NCBI GenBank assembly: GCA_035568115.1
Contig: DATMOP010000086.1
Coordinates: 31,279 to 95,278 of the forward strand
DNA: 64,000 nt
Source: Candidatus Acidiferrum sp.
GTDB lineage: Bacteria; Acidobacteriota; Terriglobia; Terriglobales; Acidobacteriaceae
Reading direction: 5' to 3'
The notes beneath the pieces are model-generated. The model ran no database searches. It was not told the DNA's origin and was given only the letters and a program-made list of their open reading frames with translations. Shown one piece after another: positions 32,445-40,677 of this stretch. Position numbers and translations under genes: made by a program. The first letter of the stretch is position 1; each line of letters starts with the position of its first letter.

Positions 32445-32987
32445 TCAGGACTTGCGCTTGGCCTTCGCTCGCGTACGCTTGTACTTGAGCGCGATCATGC
32501 CCCTGGAATAGGTCTTGTTCTCGACCAGCGAAAAGTCGCGCTGGGGGAAGCCGCTCGGGAATAGCGGGATCCCTTCCCCCAGCAAGACTGGAACAATGCC
32601 GATGTAAAGTTCATCCACGAGATCTGCCCTGAGGAAGTCGCGGGCGAGTTCTCCGCCGCCCATGAGCCAGATATCTTTTCAGGGGCGTTTGCGGAGCTTG
32701 CTCATAAAGGCTGCTGGAGACTGGTTGACGAACGTCCACCCCTTGCGCTCGCCAGGCGGTTGGGTGTGAGAGAAAACATAGGTGGCCAGGCCGCCGCTAT
32801 CGAACTTGCCTCCGCCCATCTTCAGACCGGCGTCGAGCGTCTTGCGGCCCATGATCGCGGTGTCGATGGTCGCGAAGAATGGACCCATCGAGTAGTCCTT
32901 TGGCATGAAGAGGAAGTCGACGGCGCCGTCGGGGCGCGCGATGTAACCGTCGAGGCTGATGCCAAGGCCGAGAACGATTTTGCGCAT
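32445..32987 (-). pseudogene. Dihydrofolate-reductase-family (RibD C-terminal domain) gene interrupted by a single in-frame TGA
   Basis: ORFs 32679-32987 and 32445-32663 are in the same frame. Reading through gives ...KLRKRP*KDIWLMGGGELA. The TGA at 32679-32681 sits where family members usually have Gly (a single GGA-to-TGA change). Confidence 0.7.
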
Positions 32988-33072
32988 GATGGGGAATTGT
33001 AGACGTGAGCCTATATTTTCTTCATCTCTTTTCTGAACACATCAGGCCTGCTGACACCGGTCGCCTGGGGTT

Positions 33073-34077
33073 TCAGGGGACGATGACCGCGGCTCCGTCG
33101 ATGGCGTCATTCTTTACCGCAGCGAGCGCCTCATTGGCTTGGTCGAGCTTAAACACGGTTATCTTGGGCTGGAGACGGATGTCGGCGGCGATCTGGAGAA
33201 AATCGCGCGCGTCCGAACGAGTCATGTTGGCGACACTGCGGATTTGGCGCTCGCCCCACAGTAGCCGGTCGTAATCGAATTCAGGAATCCGGTCGAGATG
33301 AATGGCGTTGATGGCGACGACGCCGCCTTTCCGCAAGCTTGAAAGCGCCGCGATCACCACGTCTCCGCTGGGCGCAAAGGTCACAGCGCGATCGAGTTGC
33401 ACGGGCGGCTTGTCGGTTTCACTGCCTACCCAGGTCGCGCCTAGAGACTCGGCCAGGCGGCGATGCGAGGCGCCGCGCGTCGACACATAGACTTCGCATT
33501 TCCAGGCGCGAAGGACAGCAATCGCCAGATGCGCTGACGCCCCAAAGCCGAAGAGTCCCACGCGATCGCCTTGTGCAACTCCGGCCACGCGCAGACTGCG
33601 GAAACCAATAATGCCGGCGCAGAGAAGAGGCGCGGCGTGCAGGTCGTCCAATTCCTGCGGAAGTTTAAACACAAAGTCGCTGCGCGCCACTGCGTACTCC
33701 GCATAGCCGCCGTTAACGGTGTATCCGGTAAAGACCGGCGCGTCGCACAGATTCTCGAGGCCACGGCGGCAGTACGGGCAAGTTCCGTCTATGCCACCGA
33801 TCCAGGAAACACCCACGCGCGCACCGAGTGGCAAGTCTCCGGTCGCACCGTCTTCAACAATTCCTACGATTTGGTGGCCGGGGATGAGTGCCTCTTTTCG
33901 CGGCGGCAATTCTCCCTCGACAATGTGCAGATCGGTGCGGCAGACGCCGCAGGCGCGAACGCGAAGAAGGACTTGTCCACTCGTGGGCTGAGGCTTGGGA
34001 GTCTCTTCGATGCGAAGAGGATCTTTTGGCGTTTCGAGTAGCGCGGCTTTCACGGCCAGGTCGCCCGCATAAGACAA
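33073..34077 (-). CDS. Zinc-binding medium-chain alcohol dehydrogenase family protein
   Basis: CGVCRTDLHIVEG is the catalytic Zn motif. CPYCRRGLENLC is the structural Zn motif. GLFGFGASAH is the Rossmann motif. Confidence 0.9.
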   Translation of the reverse strand: MSYAGDLAVKAALLETPKDPLRIEETPKPQPTSGQVLLRVRACGVCRTDLHIVEGELPPRKEALIPGHQIVGIVEDGATGDLPLGARVGVSWIGGIDGTCPYCRRGLENLCDAPVFTGYTVNGGYAEYAVARSDFVFKLPQELDDLHAAPLLCAGIIGFRSLRVAGVAQGDRVGLFGFGASAHLAIAVLRAWKCEVYVSTRGASHRRLAESLGATWVGSETDKPPVQLDRAVTFAPSGDVVIAALSSLRKGGVVAINAIHLDRIPEFDYDRLLWGERQIRSVANMTRSDARDFLQIAADIRLQPKITVFKLDQANEALAAVKNDAIDGAAVIVP

Positions 34078-34079
34078 GA

Positions 34080-35273
34080 CTAAAACATCTTCTGCGGATC
34101 ACGAATCGCTTCAGCGAGGTCGTTCAAAAATATAGCTGCCCGCGCGCCGTCGGCGGCGCGGTGATCACAAGATAGAGTCAGCGTAATCATGGGGCGGACG
34201 GCGGGCTTGCCGTCGACAGCGACCACTCGCCCGCCGATGGCTCCCACGGCGAGAATTGCCGCTTGCGGCGGGGTGATGATCGCGGTGAACTGATCTACTT
34301 TGTACATGCCGAGGTTGCTGATGGTGAAGGTGGCATCGGCAATGTCGGCGGGGCGCAGCTTTCCTGCCCGGGCGCGCACGGCGACGTCGCGGCGCTGCTG
34401 GGCAATTTCCGCGAGACTCGCTGTGTGCGCGTTGGGGATTACCGCGGCGACCACGCCGTCGTTCACCGCAATGGCCACACCCATGTTGACGTGATCGTGC
34501 AGGCGAATGCCTTCCGCAGTGAAGCTTGAATTCAGACGCGGATGCTTGAATAGAACTCGCGCCACCAGTGCAACCAGCAGATCGGTGTGCGTGACGCGGA
34601 TGTTGTGCGTGCGCTCGATCTCAGAAACTACTTTCTCGCGATATTCATTGAGCGCACTGGCTTCGATTTCCCGCGTTACGAAAAAGTGTGGGATGGTCGT
34701 CCAGCTCTGGGCGGTGCGTTCGGCCATCAGGCGGCCGAGAGTGCTGGGGACCTCGAGGTGGGGTGATTTCGCCCGTGGTGCAGAACTCGACGCTTTAGCT
34801 GCGCCTGCGGATTGCACATCGGACGCAAGAATCTCGCCACCAGGTCCAGAGCCACGCACGGTGGCGATATCCACACCGAGTTCTTTCGCGAGTCGCCGCG
34901 CCTTTGGAGAAATTCTCTCGCCCTGAGCAGCGGGAGGCTCGGAGGGACTCGCGGCTGCGGGCACAGCGTGCGATTCTGTTTTTCCTCTCGCGGGTGGCGC
35001 TAATACAAATTCGTTTTCCGCAGGAGGCTTTTCGCCCGGAGCGACGATCCACGCGATCGTCTGTCCGACAGGAATATCGGCTCCAACCACTCCTGTGATT
35101 CCGGCGAGGATGCCGTCAGCGGGCGCCTCCACTTCCATCACTGCTTTATCAGTTTCGATTTCGAGAAGGGGCTCGCCTTTGGTGACGCGCTCGCCCTCTT
35201 TCTTACGCCACGAGATAAGCTTGCCAGTTTCCTGCGCCATCTCGAGGGCGGGCATGACCACACTGAAGGCCAT
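34080..35273 (-). CDS. 2-oxoacid dehydrogenase E2 (dihydrolipoamide acyltransferase)
   Basis: Lipoyl motif ETDKAVMEVEAP, E3/E1-binding PKARRLAKELGVD, catalytic SCDHRAADGA. Confidence 0.9.
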   Translation of the reverse strand: MAFSVVMPALEMAQETGKLISWRKKEGERVTKGEPLLEIETDKAVMEVEAPADGILAGITGVVGADIPVGQTIAWIVAPGEKPPAENEFVLAPPARGKTESHAVPAAASPSEPPAAQGERISPKARRLAKELGVDIATVRGSGPGGEILASDVQSAGAAKASSSAPRAKSPHLEVPSTLGRLMAERTAQSWTTIPHFFVTREIEASALNEYREKVVSEIERTHNIRVTHTDLLVALVARVLFKHPRLNSSFTAEGIRLHDHVNMGVAIAVNDGVVAAVIPNAHTASLAEIAQQRRDVAVRARAGKLRPADIADATFTISNLGMYKVDQFTAIITPPQAAILAVGAIGGRVVAVDGKPAVRPMITLTLSCDHRAADGARAAIFLNDLAEAIRDPQKMF

Positions 35274-35309
35274 AGTCTTCTTATCGGGGAAGGGCTGTGA
35301 CTATGGCCT

Positions 35310-36656
35310 TCAGTCCGAAACTCCTACCTGCTCAGTTTTCGCGCTGGCTTCGATCATATCGATCACGCGCGCGCTGGGCGGAGCTTCCGATTCGCGAGTG
35401 GTAGGCAGAGGTCCGTTGACCGTGAAATAATGCGCGCCCGCCACCAGAAGTTGTTCCGCCGGGAAGCGGGTGATCACCTCGTGCCCAGTCGGTGTCACCA
35501 CGATTTCTTCTTCAATGCGCGCCGCGCTCCAGCCGTCAGTTGAAGGCCAGAAGGTTTCGAGGGCGAACACCATGCCCGGCTCGATCGTCACGGGATGCTC
35601 GAACGATACCAGGCGGCTGATCACCGGCTTCTCCCAGATGGCGAGGCCGATGCCGTGACCGTATTGCAGCGCGAAACAAGACTCTTCGTTGGGGAAACCA
35701 AATTCTTCCGCCCTTGGCCAGACTGCGGCGATTTCGGCGGTGGTGCGGCCGGGACGCACCAGTTCAATGGCTGCGTCGAGATATTCGCGGCAGCGCTTGT
35801 AAGCATCGACCATCGCGTGCGAGGCGTAGCCGACGGTGAAGCAGCGGTAGTAGCAGGTGCGGTATCCCATGTAGGAATGCAGAATGTCGTAGTAGACGGG
35901 ATCGCCGGGGCGCAGCACGCGGTCGGAGAAGACATGCGGATGCGGATTGCAGCGCTCGCCCGAAATCGCGTTCACCGCTTCGACGTATTCGGAGCCCAGA
36001 TCGTAGAGAACTTTACTCACCAGGCCGACGGCTTCGTTCTCGCGCAGGCCGGGCTTCATGGCGCGGTAAAGTTCGTCGTAGGCGGCGTCGACCATGGCGG
36101 CGGAGGTGTTGAGCAAAGAAATCTCATCCTGCGTTTTGATGACGCGAGCTTCGGACATCAACGCCTGGCCGTCGACCACCTTGATGCCTTCGCGTTGCAG
36201 CGCGAACAGAACCGGCAGCTCGATGATGTCGATGCCGACCGGCTCTTTGTGGAGGCCGCGCATTTCGAGTTCGATACGAATTTTCTTCGCGACATCTTCG
36301 GCGCGGCCCATCTCAGGCGTCATGGCGCCGCGCAGCATGGAAATGCCAGCGCGCGAGCGGCCATCGAGCCACGGGCAATTTAATTGATGATGTTTGGCGG
36401 CGGAGCCGAAGTCCCAGAGGATCGGCTCGTCGTTCTGCGGCAGCAGCGTGAAGCGGTTGGCCTTGTCTTGCGCCCAGGTGCCGATGTGCGTGGAGGTGAG
36501 GTAGCGCACGTTGTTCATGTCGAAACAAAGCAGCGCGCCCATCTCTGACTTGGCCAGCAGAGCTTTCGCTTTCGAAAGGCGCTCGCGGCGTAGGCGATCG
36601 AAGTCGATTCGATTCTCCCAATCGACTGCCATCGTTCCGTGAGTTCTTAGTCCCAT
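35310..36656 (-). CDS. M24B-family hydrolase (creatinase / ectoine-hydrolase / DddP-like subgroup rather than classic aminopeptidase P)
   Basis: Creatinase-like N-domain plus pita-bread C-domain (HGIGLAIWE, FALET). GGAGG SD 5 nt upstream of the ATG at 36656. Confidence 0.8.
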   Translation of the reverse strand: MGLRTHGTMAVDWENRIDFDRLRRERLSKAKALLAKSEMGALLCFDMNNVRYLTSTHIGTWAQDKANRFTLLPQNDEPILWDFGSAAKHHQLNCPWLDGRSRAGISMLRGAMTPEMGRAEDVAKKIRIELEMRGLHKEPVGIDIIELPVLFALQREGIKVVDGQALMSEARVIKTQDEISLLNTSAAMVDAAYDELYRAMKPGLRENEAVGLVSKVLYDLGSEYVEAVNAISGERCNPHPHVFSDRVLRPGDPVYYDILHSYMGYRTCYYRCFTVGYASHAMVDAYKRCREYLDAAIELVRPGRTTAEIAAVWPRAEEFGFPNEESCFALQYGHGIGLAIWEKPVISRLVSFEHPVTIEPGMVFALETFWPSTDGWSAARIEEEIVVTPTGHEVITRFPAEQLLVAGAHYFTVNGPLPTTRESEAPPSARVIDMIEASAKTEQVGVSD

Positions 36657-36676
36657 AACAACCTCCAGGGTTCAGG

Positions 36677-37663
36677 CTACCTCTTACCGCACATCGATCT
36701 CGCTGCATCGAACACGGTTTGCTCCGTCGGCACCGTTGCATCTTCCAGCGGCGGGGAGAACGGGATCGGTACGTGCATTGCTCCCATTCTTTTCACCGGT
36801 GTGTCCAGATCGTAGAATGCGCCTTCGGCGATCACGGCGGCAAGTTCCGCAGTCACGCCGTAGCGACCATAGCCTTCGTCCAGCACGATCACTCGCGAAG
36901 TCTTTTTCGCCGAGTCGATCAAAGTTTTTTCATCCAGCGGCCACGTCGTGCGCGGGTCAACGACTTCGGCGCTGATGCCTTCCTTGTCTAATAAGACCGC
37001 GGCGCCCAGCGCGACTTGCACCATGCTGCTCGTGGCGACCAGCGTGATGTCGTCGCCGGCTCGCTTCACATCGGCCACGCCCAACGGGATCGTGTAATCG
37101 TCCTCAGGAACCAAGCCCTTCAGCTTATACATCATTTTGTCTTCGAAGAAGACGACTGGATTTTCGTCGCGGATGGCCGCTTTGAGCAGGCCTTTCGCAT
37201 CGTAGGGTGTGGAGGGCAGAACCACTTTCAATCCAGGAACGTGGCTGAACCAGGCGTGCAGCGACTGCGAGTGCTGGGCCGCGGACCGCCGCGTGGCACC
37301 CAAGGTAGTACGCATCACCATGGGAACTTTCCAGTGTCCGCCCGACATGTAGTGGGCTTTGGCGGCCTGGTTGACCATCTGATCCATGGTGAGGGTGATG
37401 AAATCGCCGAACATGATATCCACCACGGGGCGAAGGCCCGTCATTGCCGCACCGACGGCCACACCGGTGAATCCGGCTTCAGAGATGGGAGTATCGACCA
37501 CGCGCTTTGCGCCGAATTCTTCGACTAAGCCCGAGAGCACTTTGAAGGGCGTGCCGGCCTCGGCTACATCTTCGCCGATGATGCACACGCGCGAGTCTCG
37601 GCGCATTTCTTCCGCCAGCGCTTCGCGAACTGCCTGCGCAAATGTGAGCTCGCGTTCAGGCAT
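36677..37663 (-). CDS. 2-oxoacid (acetoin/pyruvate-type) dehydrogenase E1 beta subunit
   Basis: Transketolase-like pyrimidine-binding and C-terminal domains (VIDTPISEAGFTGVAVGAA). Confidence 0.9.
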   Translation of the reverse strand: MPERELTFAQAVREALAEEMRRDSRVCIIGEDVAEAGTPFKVLSGLVEEFGAKRVVDTPISEAGFTGVAVGAAMTGLRPVVDIMFGDFITLTMDQMVNQAAKAHYMSGGHWKVPMVMRTTLGATRRSAAQHSQSLHAWFSHVPGLKVVLPSTPYDAKGLLKAAIRDENPVVFFEDKMMYKLKGLVPEDDYTIPLGVADVKRAGDDITLVATSSMVQVALGAAVLLDKEGISAEVVDPRTTWPLDEKTLIDSAKKTSRVIVLDEGYGRYGVTAELAAVIAEGAFYDLDTPVKRMGAMHVPIPFSPPLEDATVPTEQTVFDAARSMCGKR

Positions 37664-38660
37664 AGACGTGCTTCTCCACCTCGTCCACGCTGGGATAGGG
37701 CGCGGCGATGGCGAACTTTACTGCCGCTTCCATGATGGCCCGAACTTCTTTTGTGGTTGCGTCGAGGGTGGCGACGTCGGCATAGCCATGTTCAATCAAC
37801 CACTTCGCCAAAACCAGAATAGGATCGCGGTCTGTCTTCCACAGGTGTTCTTCCTGTTTGGAGCGATAGTATTCGCGATTGATGTCGCCGACGTGGTGGC
37901 CGCTGTAGCGGTAGGTATCGCATTGCAAAAATGCGGGCCCGCCGCCGGTGCGGGCGCGATTGATCAGGCGCATCGCAACTTCATTTACTGCGCGAACATC
38001 TTGTCCATCGACTCTGACAGCTTCGATGCCGAAAGCGGCGGCACGGCCGAGGATGGTGCCGGCCGTGGTTTCCTGATAGTGCGTGTATTCGTTGTATTGA
38101 TTGTTTTCGCAGACGTAGATGACGGGAAGCTTCCACAACTGCGCCAGGTTCATCACTTCATACAGCGAGCCTTGGCCAAGCGCGCCCTCTCCGAAGAAGC
38201 AGACTGCGACGCGATCCGTACCCAAGGTCTTGGCAGCGAAAGCAGCGCCCGTGGCGATTCCTACGCTGCCACCCACGATTGCGTTTGCGCCAAGGTTGCC
38301 GGTTGCGGGATCGGCAATGTGCATCGATCCGCCTTTGCCGCGGCAATAGCCCGCTTCTTTTCCCAGCAACTCGGCGAACATGCGGTCCGGCGACGCACCT
38401 TTCGCGAGGCAGTGTCCGTGGCCGCGGTGGGTGCTGGTGATGTAGTCGTCGATGCGGAGCGCTTCGCAGATTCCAACGGCGACAGCTTCTTCGCCGCTAT
38501 ACAAGTGAGCGAGACCCGGCATGAGAGCCCGGGTGTACACCTCGTTCACCTGCTCTTCAAACTGGCGGATGCTCACCATCTGGCGGTAGGCGTGAAGCCA
38601 TTTTTCTTTTTCTGTCGCAGTGCCGCAGGCAGTTTCAGGCTTGGAAGTTGCAGTCGTCAT
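37656..38660 (-). CDS. 2-oxoacid dehydrogenase E1 alpha subunit (TPP-dependent)
   Basis: TPP motif GEGALGQGSLYEVMNLA...NN and YRYSGHH. It overlaps E1 beta by 8 nt. Confidence 0.9.
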   Translation of the reverse strand: MTTATSKPETACGTATEKEKWLHAYRQMVSIRQFEEQVNEVYTRALMPGLAHLYSGEEAVAVGICEALRIDDYITSTHRGHGHCLAKGASPDRMFAELLGKEAGYCRGKGGSMHIADPATGNLGANAIVGGSVGIATGAAFAAKTLGTDRVAVCFFGEGALGQGSLYEVMNLAQLWKLPVIYVCENNQYNEYTHYQETTAGTILGRAAAFGIEAVRVDGQDVRAVNEVAMRLINRARTGGGPAFLQCDTYRYSGHHVGDINREYYRSKQEEHLWKTDRDPILVLAKWLIEHGYADVATLDATTKEVRAIMEAAVKFAIAAPYPSVDEVEKHVYA

Positions 38661-39565
38661 TTCTTCTTACCTCCCGCGGTGACCGGCGTCATCACGCCCG
38701 ACATGGCAGCCAGCACATCGAACATGCAGGCGAAGTCGTATTTCGTCCAGCCCATGCCGCGAGCGGCGGTCAGAATCTCATTGCTTACCGCGGTGGAAGG
38801 CAGCGGCACGTCGAGCTGCCGGCCCAGATCCATGGCGAGAACCATATCTTTCTGCATCATGTTGACGTCGAACCAAGCCTCTTCCGGCTGCCGTAGAACG
38901 AAAGGCCCGCGGTATTGAATCATCGGCGAGGCGATGGCGCTGTGGACCAACACGTCGACAGCAGTCTCGCGCGCAATGCCGCTTTTCTCAGCCAGCAAGA
39001 CTCCTTCGGAAAACGCCAGCATCTGTACTGCGAGGCTCAGGTTCACTGCAATCTTCATGGCGAGCGCCAAACCGTTGTCGCCAACGTGGGTGACCTTCGG
39101 CCCAATGTCGAGCAGCAGCGGCTTTACCTTCTCGAAGGTCTCGCGGCGCCCGCCGACCATTACAGAAAGCTTTCCTTCCTGCAACGTGATCACGCTGCCC
39201 GAGACGGGCGAGTCGACCATGTCCGCTCCTTTTTCGCGCACCTTCGCGGCCAGCGCCCGACTCACCGTGGGACTCACCGTGCTCATATCGATAAAAATCT
39301 TGCCTGCACTCAGGCCGGCCAGCATTCCATCAGGACCTTCCGTGATGGAAGCGATGGCGGCGGCGTTGGTGACCATCGCGAAGGTGAAATCGGATGCGCT
39401 GGCAACCGCGCGCGGCGAGTCGGCCCACTTCATCCCTTTTTCAACCAGCCACTGCGCTTTCGAGCGTGTACGGTTGTAGCCGGTGACGGTGTGACCTTTG
39501 CTGAGCAGACGGTTCACCATCTGGCTGCCCATGACTCCCAGACCGATAAACCCGAGTTTCGCCAT
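38657..39565 (-). CDS. NAD(P)-dependent 3-hydroxyisobutyrate-dehydrogenase-family oxidoreductase
   Basis: KLGFIGLGVMGSQMVNRL is a Rossmann motif, with a 6PGDH-like C-domain. ATGA overlap with E1 alpha. Confidence 0.85.
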   Translation of the reverse strand: MAKLGFIGLGVMGSQMVNRLLSKGHTVTGYNRTRSKAQWLVEKGMKWADSPRAVASASDFTFAMVTNAAAIASITEGPDGMLAGLSAGKIFIDMSTVSPTVSRALAAKVREKGADMVDSPVSGSVITLQEGKLSVMVGGRRETFEKVKPLLLDIGPKVTHVGDNGLALAMKIAVNLSLAVQMLAFSEGVLLAEKSGIARETAVDVLVHSAIASPMIQYRGPFVLRQPEEAWFDVNMMQKDMVLAMDLGRQLDVPLPSTAVSNEILTAARGMGWTKYDFACMFDVLAAMSGVMTPVTAGGKKK

Positions 39566-39592
39566 CCGACCGAAAACCTCCGAACTCCGAAC

Positions 39593-40336
39593 CTAGGAAG
39601 TGATTTTCGAACTCGCCGGCAGATGCTTTCCAGGGGACTTGCTGCCGGAAGAAACCTGCGAATCCTGGCGTACCTGCTCGAGATGAGCACGCATGGCGGC
39701 GCGAGCCATCTCCGGATCGCGCCGCTCGACGCCTTCCAGAATGCGCTTGTGGTGAACCTGCCCGCGCTGCGGTCCGCCTTCGACGTTAAAGATCTTGATG
39801 CGTTGCTGACGCAGCAGCCCGACAATGGAGTCGATCAACGAAAGAATCAACGGATTGGCGACGGCCTCGGCCAGAGCGAGGTGAAAATCAAGATCGGCTT
39901 CGATGTAGGCTTCGGGATCCTTCTGCGAGCGCTCCATGACTGCGACCGCTTCCCGCATTGCCGCGAGGTCTTCATCCTTAACGCGGTCCGCGGCCAAAGC
40001 GGCGATACCAGGCTCCAGGATCAGACGCAGTTCCGCCAGATGCGGCGAACCTTCCTGCTGGCCAATCTTTACCATGAGATCAAAGGATTGGCGCGCTGCC
40101 TGCGAGGTTCCGTCTGTAACAAACGTGCCACGACCGGAGTAGGCTTCGACCAGGCCTTTCTCACGCAGAGCCTTGACCGCTTCACGCACGGCAGTGCGGC
40201 TGACGCCGAGACGCTGCGCTAGTTCGCGTTCGGCGGGAAGCTGATCGCCGGGTTTGAGTGTTCCATCAAGGACAGAGGCTTCGATCTGCTGAACGATCTG
40301 CTCGTACAGCCGCGAAGTCCGGACAACTTTGTACAC
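39593..40336 (-). CDS. GntR/FadR-family (FCD domain) transcriptional regulator
   Basis: LPAERELAQRLGVSRTAVREAVKALREKGLV is the HTH, followed by a helical FCD domain. I prefer the GTG at 40334-40336 (GGGAG SD) over the ORF-maximum ATG at 40450. Confidence 0.85.
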   Translation of the reverse strand: MYKVVRTSRLYEQIVQQIEASVLDGTLKPGDQLPAERELAQRLGVSRTAVREAVKALREKGLVEAYSGRGTFVTDGTSQAARQSFDLMVKIGQQEGSPHLAELRLILEPGIAALAADRVKDEDLAAMREAVAVMERSQKDPEAYIEADLDFHLALAEAVANPLILSLIDSIVGLLRQQRIKIFNVEGGPQRGQVHHKRILEGVERRDPEMARAAMRAHLEQVRQDSQVSSGSKSPGKHLPASSKITS

Positions 40337-40468
40337 AGGAGTTTCTCCCGCACGAGCCGGTCTGGGGGAACCGGCGAAGGTCTGACTACTATACCGCAGG
40401 TCCAATGGGTGCGGAGCGGCTTCTGCCGTGATGGAGTGAGGGCTTGGCAAATGCGGTCTCTAGGTATG

Positions 40469-40494
40469 GTGGTATGACAGCTAGACAGTACCAC
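40469..40494. promoter_or_regulatory. Candidate GntR-type operator GTGGTA-N14-TACCAC
   Basis: Perfect 6-bp inverted repeat with a GT...AC core, in the divergent region between the regulator and the TonB receptor gene. Confidence 0.3.
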
Positions 40495-40521
40495 TTTGCT
40501 ACGGTTGGGTGCAAGTCCTGC

Positions 40522-40538
40522 TGAAGAATCATTCTTCA
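40522..40538. promoter_or_regulatory. Perfect 8-1-8 palindrome TGAAGAATcATTCTTCA (Fur-box-like centre AATCATT)
   Basis: It lies 140 nt upstream of the TonB-dependent receptor start. Confidence 0.3.
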
Positions 40539-40677
40539 TCGGTGTATTGCGAGGAAAACTCTACCCTCCGGGGCTGTACCAACCAGGCTCACAGAGGACG
40601 AGACTGGAGGAATTTCCTTGACTTCATCCGCCGAGCAATGGTATGGCTGTCGGACCAGCAAAACGGAGGAAGTTTCG

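Noticed and set aside
32679-32681. In-frame TGA as a selenocysteine or programmed recoding site
   Set aside because: The position aligns with a structural Gly, not a redox Cys. I saw no SECIS-like hairpin immediately downstream, and this family is not known to contain Sec.
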